The notes below the pieces were generated by a model. The model did no database searches. It saw only the letters and a program-made list of their open reading frames with translations, and had not been told where the DNA came from. Position numbers and translations under genes: made by a program. A stretch of 64,000 nucleotides of DNA, from positions 1 through 64,000 of the IMG/VR virus record IMGVR_UViG_3300011725_000001; one strand, written 5' to 3'. Shown piece by piece: positions 58,601 through 64,000 of the stretch (positions are counted from its first letter, which is position 1; each line of letters begins with the position of its first letter). Source of the stretch: an uncultured virus (IMG/VR IMGVR_UViG_3300011725_000001). Its lineage: Duplodnaviria; Heunggongvirae; Uroviricota; Caudoviricetes.

Positions 58601-59557
58601 GACGCACAGGGGCGCAAAGTGACCGGCGCAACAGACGCTGAGGCAAAGGCTTACTTCTTAGGCACCAGCCAGGACAGTTATTTCTGGAGCAACAGCATCA
58701 GCATCCGTCAGTTCCGTAATGCCATGTCGGGCTTTTCCAACAGCAACGAGTACGAGGCGATGTTTAACCAGCTGCGCAACGAGATGGGGCAAAGCAAGGT
58801 TAAAGCCGTCAGGGCGCTGGCTGATCAGTACGCCGCTGCGGCGCTGCGGCAGTTCCGTCAGTACACCCCGGAAAGCATTCAGGCGACCATTGCCACGGTG
58901 CTGGATAAAACGCGCCACGAAGCGATGGGCGATATTGATAACGCGGCCAACGTTACCGAGTCGCCTGCGGCACAGTTCCTGCGCGCCAGCGTGGCGCTGG
59001 GCGATCTGAGCGAATCAGAGGTGACGGCTGAAACCTTCCTGTCCTCCCGGACGGTTAAGGCGCTGGTGGGCGGTCTTTATACCTTCCTGGAGCAGATGGA
59101 GGAGGGGGGATATCGGGATCATGCGCCAACGTGGACGGACTACAAAGCGCTGATTACCGGCAAACTCTCGCCTGAAGAACTGGCTGCGCGCCGCGCGTCA
59201 GCGAACCTTGCGGCCACCACAGCGGCAACCGCCGTGCGGGCTGAGCAGTCGCAGAAACAGGCGTCCGGCTTCCAGGTGCTGAAAAACGAGCTGGAGCTGG
59301 TGGCCTCGCGCAAGTGGAAGAACCGCACCTTTAAAATCGACTTCCCGGCCGGCGGCGCCTACGTGCTGACGGACACCAGCGATAAGCCGGAGCTCAAGCG
59401 CAAAGCAGTGCGCGACCTGATGAAAGAGAAGTACGGCGCGAAATTCTGGAACTTTGAAGCCGATCCGGTAGCCGGGAACGAGTTCACGCAGCCTGCATGG
59501 CTTATCCCTTCCTCACACGATCTCGATGCGCTGCGCGCGGATATCGAAAACGCATAA
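52685..59557 (+). CDS. darB: DarB antirestriction protein (N6-MTase plus SNF2 helicase)
   Basis: EYYTP, LEPSAGTG, GNVPF; GTGLGKT, DEGH, TATP, QRNGRGAR; 2290 aa. Confidence 0.95.
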   Translation: MVENSANKAIQEAGTVEDLISLVMRLHKQRTVVAFGVTKREGVSLQRGRRTANDNAVSLLNSLPAGFDGNKLTDEQRRILAGYSGEGGLEGGGGSQYEYYTPPFMAEGIWDLFADYGITGGHMLEPSAGTGVFQETKPAGAMMTSAEISDTSGRINQLLHPEDDVRMGAFEKLAASVPDNSYDHAVGNVPFGDSRTGFAELDPAYRDETNVGHYFVMRTIDKVKYGGLVVLVVPNGMTDGGGANKKLRDRVSRVAEFLGAHRMPSGTFAESGTATVVDVWVLRKHTEALTQLVHDSDEQSLEAASVLWPTFIRGKWFETEGRRFVHGETERSDFNNILVVKKDGQLTNAAMKAALSRRFDSRIDWDRLGTPAAVWQSPVEGDKRLMAGVWHTYDGTRFIKDSTTASSGIDAKQFGAATFGELQTKTRTINGMLSLDSRALYAASVEYPQLFDDRIHAAIRFAMQQKPGHRWRVMRASIIGLRINDALDTQMLGGDASGIIADAARLVSEEVGQYGTPKGLKLAGLSDTSAKGWLSFQANVSREGDLSALLNGTIDRSEAVAVDFASPEQVVSHLFSDVDLVPVALAAFRAAFKGELPEDDEALLAHLATFPEIALDGNGNIMPLARATTGNVRGKVSRLAALINDAPDGPVKANYVRQLETINEKRNHTPIEDITVNLNARWLDRRLIKEFLIDQGFDDFKYTQDLENENGYLTAEDNYAGKDGVFSGYQVRSVTGKGGVTEFKRASYKDGFYNQLENYLNGVKPRGVNANVYLKRISGLEAQFNHWLRTHPDVESVVSDYNDAFNGYVPFEHSSSSLQLQQISGKRIPLSYQNAEVRRLSEDGRGIMGFGTGLGKTTTALALEAYNYEVGRSKRTVYVVPKAVLQNWYHEAHGFYSAEAFEKILFVGLDEVRGDDGQIMQAPERDENNEPKLDKDGQPVMRNVVKESAAATVLERMNMIPVSNYRAVVMTKEQFGDIPMRPETIEENSSQAVFNQIENGRTDLMKSTHRAATSRNKLRDKAADTGTKKKSQIPYFEDMHFDSVIADEGHNYRNSHSAGREAGQLAYLPNPSVSKTARDMAVKSQYMMKKYNGRGVVMLTATPLVNSPIDAFNMLSHVVSLEEWKAMGILTPDDFVRVFGETDTVTVQKISGELEDKQGLVGFKNLDGLRGIFHRWTTLKSAADVKDSVKIPGLDEKTVGVPMTRDQQVLYEELRLRASRIGQKESVQDNGDGTVSIVQNDDDFIFSVIRDMDKVVIDPDLYRSAITFRFREEDFEKVKQVARALPGEAGGVQLAGDEEEVAEDAESGLTDTRTSKVVKTTLKNRGGVVELVVSDTLEQQVLDAIAAAGIDMQHVSHPVPPKYAALIENLKAGLPDGKQIIFMDEKTQHNKLRRIIASALGLQEQQIGIINATTVAKASGVKVKPVKKPAEPVEKADGSFKEGAWDKYYQELARYEDYQAALNDASLAGMEGIAADYNEGRTPIIICNKKAEVGINLHKGTADTHHLTLPWTPASIDQRNGRGARVGSERDSMRVHYYCGKGSFDEFRLETLQRKKNWINDVMKSDVSSMKNGDVESKEEQSLLLAANPEERRARVDAQLKAKREAERQQAEREAAAALDIYLKASVAAATPTEVLEANIADLSATFDEINGSIDGLRADVTDAETAYNIEFERDGKRSADNWRGQDRRNARAALKEGLAKQKKLEQELNGARKALTRSKSAASTIKRSRGEVERAILSGALEVDPDVLRAPEQYMKLAGGQLVRIGACYEIWMDDDKQEKGVFQIRKFFPEKGTVEVELIRKPLRCYTRPDIGGFAEMPSDLVGNRVEITTDQAKALQKAAKGIDPVSLADTLSRADFYAAIRAGVMNVKADAWMYRDAAGELKHEYIHAGITVRDSIKAEDWLYPDHGDEQLKRELYQYSLTRNLYSVQAVFKAVFGGNYNTAMQGYGEQAGMEDVVKVFSQLVAEFEAGDAQGRKVTGATDAEAKAYFLGTSQDSYFWSNSISIRQFRNAMSGFSNSNEYEAMFNQLRNEMGQSKVKAVRALADQYAAAALRQFRQYTPESIQATIATVLDKTRHEAMGDIDNAANVTESPAAQFLRASVALGDLSESEVTAETFLSSRTVKALVGGLYTFLEQMEEGGYRDHAPTWTDYKALITGKLSPEELAARRASANLAATTAATAVRAEQSQKQASGFQVLKNELELVASRKWKNRTFKIDFPAGGAYVLTDTSDKPELKRKAVRDLMKEKYGAKFWNFEADPVAGNEFTQPAWLIPSSHDLDALRADIENA

Positions 59558-59587
59558 CACAGGAGCGGCCCGAAAGGGCCGTCACAC

Positions 59588-60037
59588 ATGACGACACTGA
59601 TTGATACCATTAAGCCAACCGAAACCTACATTGAAAGCCTGCTGCCGCTTGCCCTGGACGGGCGCACCGAAGAGGCGTTTGTCGCATATTATCTGGAAAA
59701 TCTTGTAAAGCGTACCAGCAGTACCAGACTGGCGTATCGCGCGTTTGGCCCGTGGTGGCCTGCAATCAAGCTACTATTACTGGAAAATGCTATTACTCAA
59801 TTCGGGCAGGTAGTCGAAAGCGACGTTGCCGAAATATACTCGCTCTCCCGGCCAGCCCTGACGGTAGTAGCAGCGCACCTGTACGCTGACGATCGAACAG
59901 AAAACGACGCGGTATACAGTGCAAACCACCTGCTGCCCGTTATCCCGTCAGCGGACGATACAGAGCCGTATTTGTATGTCAGTTATGACGAGTCCATAGA
60001 AAAACGAAGAATTAGGAGCCGCCGTGCCACGAATTAA
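59588..60037 (+). CDS. ulx: Ulx (aids DarB incorporation)
   Basis: 149 aa, YRAFGPWWPAIK; directly after darB. Confidence 0.78.
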   Translation: MTTLIDTIKPTETYIESLLPLALDGRTEEAFVAYYLENLVKRTSSTRLAYRAFGPWWPAIKLLLLENAITQFGQVVESDVAEIYSLSRPALTVVAAHLYADDRTENDAVYSANHLLPVIPSADDTEPYLYVSYDESIEKRRIRSRRATN

Positions 60038-60272
60038 TAAGCACATTAAGCAAGAGGAAATCGAGCAATACGTCAGCGCAGCGGGAGCACTTTTACACTT
60101 TAACCGGCCTAAAAATGTGTTTTACGTTTACGCCGAAGGTGACTTTGAGACCTGGGCATGGGTGATCAACCCAACTACACAGCTGCGCGTCAAAACGCTG
60201 CGTGAGCTGAATAAAGAGGAATGGTACATAGCGCTGGATGATGCAATCAGGCGTCTGAAAGAGTCACCGTAA
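60024..60272 (+). CDS. Possible Lxc-like modulator
   Basis: 82 aa in the lxc position after ulx; sequence resemblance weak. Confidence 0.5.
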   Translation: MPRINKHIKQEEIEQYVSAAGALLHFNRPKNVFYVYAEGDFETWAWVINPTTQLRVKTLRELNKEEWYIALDDAIRRLKESP

Positions 60273-60322
60273 GCCTTGCCACGCCTGAAAATATACAAAA
60301 ACCTGCACATTTATATTGATCT

Positions 60323-60343
60323 TTCTAAGGCAAGCATTTAGAT
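60323..60343. promoter_or_regulatory. Putative repressor operator
   Basis: TTCTAAG-GCAAGCA-TTTAGAT. Confidence 0.5.
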
Positions 60344-60463
60344 TTGCATTTGAAGTTTGGGGAGACCAGACGAAAAAGCCCGGCCAAATGGCCGGGCTTC
60401 AACAAATTGCAGGGGTTAAGTTGTGGCGACTGGCACCCCTGCACACAACAACGAGAATATATC

Positions 60464-60625
60464 ATGAAAAATTTTGCACAGCGCGACTTTGTTAACTCCA
60501 CCGTTTACCAGACAAAAACGTCTGAAGAGTCAGGCATGGCTAATGTATTCGGGAAGGTAGTCACGCTCGTTCTTTCAACTTTAGGTATCATTTTCAGCCT
60601 CTACTTTGTCTACCTGGCGCACTAA
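60464..60625 (+). CDS. Small single-TM peptide (53 aa, or 29 aa from an internal Met)
   Basis: C-terminal VVTLVLSTLGIIFSLYFVYL, flanked by hairpins. Confidence 0.55.
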   Translation: MKNFAQRDFVNSTVYQTKTSEESGMANVFGKVVTLVLSTLGIIFSLYFVYLAH

Positions 60626-60762
60626 TAGCCTGATAAAAGCCTGTAATTGCTAACTTCATGAAGATGTAAATTACAGGCTTGTTTTTTCCTTCCCAAGCGT
60701 TAAGAATACCCCCAGACGCAAATCCCTTTTAGAAACACTATCTACCGCTTAAGATTCCGGAC

Positions 60763-61350
60763 ATGCGTTTTACTGAAGATTGGCTTCACTCCTACAGGCA
60801 GAAAAAACAGACAGGCACTCACTCAGGGAAGAAAGCGGCTCCGGCAAAAGCGAAAGCAGGCAAGGCGGCGGACTGGTTAGCACCAGTTAAAGCGCTTTCC
60901 GCCCACGCAACAGCACTCGCTGCTCTCGTAAAAAACCCTGAAAAGCGTAAAGGCAAGCAGGAACACTACGATCAGGTCTTTATCTTCGACCATTTTCACC
61001 GTTCAGACAGCCATATCTACGATCACCTTTTTGCCATACCAAACGGAGGATTCCGTTTAAAGGCGACCGCGGCAGCTATTGAGGCCGAAGGAGCCAAGCG
61101 CGGTTACCCGGACATGGGGCTTGAGATCGCGTCGGGCATTTACCACGGCATGCGGATAGAGCAAAAGCACGGCAAGAGAATGCCTGCTGAGACACAGGTC
61201 ACATGGATGAACCGGCTTCGCGCCGGGGGATTTTATGTCCTGCTCTCGTTTTCACCGGAAGAAACCATCAGGGTTATCAGACAGTACGTGGCGCTTGAGC
61301 CTGGCGAAGCCATGCCGGCGCATGAGAATGAAAAGTTCTGGAGCAATTAA
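60763..61350 (+). CDS. VRR-NUC (PD-(D/E)XK) nuclease
   Basis: FAIPNGG...EGAKRGYPD...IEQK...Q..W...L...G. Confidence 0.88.
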   Translation: MRFTEDWLHSYRQKKQTGTHSGKKAAPAKAKAGKAADWLAPVKALSAHATALAALVKNPEKRKGKQEHYDQVFIFDHFHRSDSHIYDHLFAIPNGGFRLKATAAAIEAEGAKRGYPDMGLEIASGIYHGMRIEQKHGKRMPAETQVTWMNRLRAGGFYVLLSFSPEETIRVIRQYVALEPGEAMPAHENEKFWSN

Positions 61351-61905
61351 GTGCTGTTTAATGCAAATTTTTTTCTGCCATGTCCCGCCTTCAGAAACTC
61401 TGCGCGTCGTAAAAAAACGCGGGAAAGCCTGCAGCTGGGACTGGCGGTATTTGCCGAAATGGCAGCAGACGCTGGAACGTTGAGAGTGTCGAAAGACGAG
61501 CTTAAAGCCCGCAGTGGGTTAAGCGAACGCACGTTGTGTTACTACGGCGGCGTGAAGGGCATCGGTTTAATTTTACGCAAAACATTTACAGAAGGACGCG
61601 CACGCATGACAACGGTTCAGGTTGAGGGTTTAGGCAAAATTGGTATCGGTGCCATTAACGTAGACAGCCAGCCTGTCGCGCTTTTCGGGTACAACGACGC
61701 CATGAATCGCCTGCACGAAGATCTGGAGCTTGCCGTGAGGCGGACCGAATGGCCAGCGGGGCATTTTCTGATGGGGCGAAAAAAATCACGCAGCCAAAGG
61801 CCGAGCGCAATACAGCTGGTGCTTTATCAGGCTGACGGCAGTGAACACCCTTATGAGCCGAGCCTGCCGGACTTTGAAATGACAGACTGGCATACGGCGA
61901 CCTGA
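61351..61905 (+). CDS. Hypothetical protein, N-terminal TetR-like HTH
   Basis: VSKDELKARSGLSERTLCYY; start uncertain. Confidence 0.55.
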   Translation: MLFNANFFLPCPAFRNSARRKKTRESLQLGLAVFAEMAADAGTLRVSKDELKARSGLSERTLCYYGGVKGIGLILRKTFTEGRARMTTVQVEGLGKIGIGAINVDSQPVALFGYNDAMNRLHEDLELAVRRTEWPAGHFLMGRKKSRSQRPSAIQLVLYQADGSEHPYEPSLPDFEMTDWHTAT

Positions 61906-62204
61906 TGCGCCGCACGCCTCGTTTCCACTATCACTCCGTCTGCTTCGCCGGCGAATCGGGAAAAATGCGATCCGGCGTGGTTACCCTGACCACGCGCCAG
62001 GTGACGCGTCCTGCCCTGGAGCATCTGCGCGTAACGCTCGACTTTGACGAAAACGCCGTGCTGGTGGCCATGAGCTATCTTGGCTACATGACGCAGAAGG
62101 AATACGAAACCGGACGCGTGCGCCCGCCGTCCGTTTTACTGCAGGCATTCTGGTTGATTGTTGCAGCCGCTGCGCTTTACTGCGCGGTTCTCCTCGCAGG
62201 TTAA
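61905..62204 (+). CDS. Hypothetical phage protein with C-terminal TM segment
   Basis: AVLVAMSYLGYMT..EY, hydrophobic tail, coupled to the previous ORF. Confidence 0.6.
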   Translation: MRRTPRFHYHSVCFAGESGKMRSGVVTLTTRQVTRPALEHLRVTLDFDENAVLVAMSYLGYMTQKEYETGRVRPPSVLLQAFWLIVAAAALYCAVLLAG

Positions 62205-62346
62205 ATTTATACCAGGCAGGGGATCTCCCCCTGCCTCTTACAGTAACTCCCGCCAAAAATCACACGCAATTCTAAAACATTCTATAGACAGTGGTTAATT
62301 TCACGTTAGAATCAGCCGCAAATTTACAGCGGATCTGAAACCAATC

Positions 62347-63636
62347 ATGACTTCTCAAAATGTTCTCAAGCAGCTGCAGAAACTCCCTGAATGCCCCGTT
62401 GACGATGAAGTACTTCACCAGACGTTTGTAACGGCCTATGGCCAGCTGAGTTCTATGCGCAAACGCCTGAAACTCGACGATCTTGAAAAGCGCCTGCTGG
62501 ACAACTGCCTGTCTGCGCTGGAGCAGGTGCAGATTGATATCAACCTGCGCCTTAACCACGAAGCTGATACCTATAACGTGCTGGCAGATGCGCTGGAGCA
62601 CGTCCAGCAGGAGCTGGACGGCCATTCCGTGCTGGCCGCAGAGATAGCTCAGATTCGCCTTGAGGCGAAGAACGCCGCTGATGAAGCCATTCAGGAAGCC
62701 CGTATTCGTGAAGGTGAGGCCGAAAATCGCGCTATCAATGCTGAAAACGCCCGTGATCGCAACGCAGATGCGCTGGTTACCGCTCAGCTGGCGCTGACCA
62801 CTCTGAATCAGGAATTTACACACTACCGCCGCAAGAATCCTGAACGCCTGGCGTCGGATCTGCAGGAGCGCGACAAAACCATTTCTCAGCACCGCGCCGA
62901 CCGAAAAAAGCAGAGCGCACTGATACAGGAACTGCAGCAGAAGCTGAATATTGCAGATAAAGAAGTGGGTAAAGAGCGTCGCCTGCGAGGTGAGACGGCC
63001 AACGATCTCATTAAACTCACTGCCTCGCACAATCATTTGAAAGAGCGCGTGGAGTTTCACGACGGGCAGGAAGATGTGGCGCAATTCCTGCTGCAGCTGC
63101 CGGACGGCAGCGGTGACGTGGGCTGCTATATCTATAACTTCCACTTCGGGCTTAGCGTGTTTCACGGCATCCGTGACGTGTCCATTGAGACGGCAAATTT
63201 CCACTACCAGATCCGCACGGCGATGATGCTGGCAATGGACGTGGTGCCGGGTATATGGGGCAATCCGGTGTTCCGCATCCTGCCTGATTTACTCCCTATG
63301 TGGGACACGGCCATCAACGACGAACTGCATGAGCGCATCATGACCCGCCTGGCGCTGGACTTCCCACGACTCCACAAGCGCATCATGGACGGTAAGGCCG
63401 CGCCGGTCTCCGAGCTCGCTATCCCGGCGCGTGCGCTTAACGCGCTGGTAAAAGCCGGTTATGACACGGTGGCGGCTGTGGGCGGTGAGCTACCGCCGGA
63501 ACTGGTGAAGGTCAAAGGGCTAAGCGAGGCCACGGTAGACGAGATCCGCGCTGCTGTTAACAGCTGGTGCATTGCCTGGTCAAAAACCAATGGCGACATT
63601 GAAAACCTCAAAAACCCAAATACCAGACGTCGTTAA
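62347..63636 (+). CDS. pmgS: PmgS-like coiled-coil protein with C-terminal RNAP alpha-CTD-like domain
   Basis: 429 aa; PVSELAIPARALNALVKAGYDTVAAV...ELVKVKGLSEATVDEI. Confidence 0.7.
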   Translation: MTSQNVLKQLQKLPECPVDDEVLHQTFVTAYGQLSSMRKRLKLDDLEKRLLDNCLSALEQVQIDINLRLNHEADTYNVLADALEHVQQELDGHSVLAAEIAQIRLEAKNAADEAIQEARIREGEAENRAINAENARDRNADALVTAQLALTTLNQEFTHYRRKNPERLASDLQERDKTISQHRADRKKQSALIQELQQKLNIADKEVGKERRLRGETANDLIKLTASHNHLKERVEFHDGQEDVAQFLLQLPDGSGDVGCYIYNFHFGLSVFHGIRDVSIETANFHYQIRTAMMLAMDVVPGIWGNPVFRILPDLLPMWDTAINDELHERIMTRLALDFPRLHKRIMDGKAAPVSELAIPARALNALVKAGYDTVAAVGGELPPELVKVKGLSEATVDEIRAAVNSWCIAWSKTNGDIENLKNPNTRRR

Positions 63637-63860
63637 GGGCCAAAAAGCTGCCTGAAATAAACACATACATTTCTAAAATACAGAGCCATTTTTAATTGAT
63701 TTTTTCCGTATTTTTGTGTACATTTCTTCTCGCTGTAACATCGTGTCTTTAAAAATTTAGTGCAATCAGGCTGGACGGTAACATTTTGTTTAGCCTGTCT
63801 TTTTCCCCTCTCTAAAGCGCATTTTGTGAGTGCGCTTTATATTGGTTGGTAACATTTAAT

Positions 63861-63887
63861 GCCCGATAGTTTTCGGGCTTTTTTTTC
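63861..63887 (+). terminator. Rho-independent terminator
   Basis: gcccga-tagttt-tcgggc plus T-run. Confidence 0.7.
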
Positions 63888-64000
63888 AGGTTTAACCGTG
63901 AGCGCATGAGGTGTGCTCACGGCTAAATCGGAGAGAGGATTCAGCAGCGAGGCAGACGCAATGCAAATCTGGCAGGGGTGGTTCTTCCCTTTTGTTTCGC

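Noticed and set aside
60666..60690. Late promoter (AAATTACAGGC)
   Set aside because: No TAnnnT at the fixed spacing; it is one arm of an inverted repeat.
63890..64000. Hairpin and ORF start (MQIWQGWFFPFVS) at the window end
   Set aside because: Too truncated to assign.

Overview
About 64 kb of a P1-like (Punavirus-type) phage-plasmid from an enterobacterial host, with the P1 gene modules rearranged. Left to right it holds: partial doc and phd; a RepA plasmid replicon (incA-like and incC-like iterons, GATC repeats, DnaA boxes); orphan hicB; ref; two AT-rich accessory genes; mat and 26-25-7-24-6-5; hrdC and dmt; the PAAR and spanin block; capsid, sheath, tube, tape measure, baseplate and a single tail fibre with no Cin inversion system; lydAB-hdf-darA-ddrA-ddrB; a hairpin-flanked MFS/hydrolase/LysR cassette; a lambda-R-type endolysin; repL; pro; a C4 antisense RNA module; prt; darB-ulx-lxc; and a VRR-NUC gene and pmgS. 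All gene calls are by-eye recognition plus synteny with P1; no searches were run. The best leads are: (i) a complete C4 antisense switch that controls a Tad2/DUF2829-like ORF rather than an antirepressor; (ii) an antisense RNA plus leader-peptide control unit on repL; (iii) two different 21-bp iteron families interleaved in one locus; (iv) a transposase-free cargo cassette bounded by inverted 24-bp hairpin repeats; (v) a hidden +1-frame tail-chaperone extension between pmgB and sit. Late-promoter, operator and protease-site motifs can also be read directly from the sequence.
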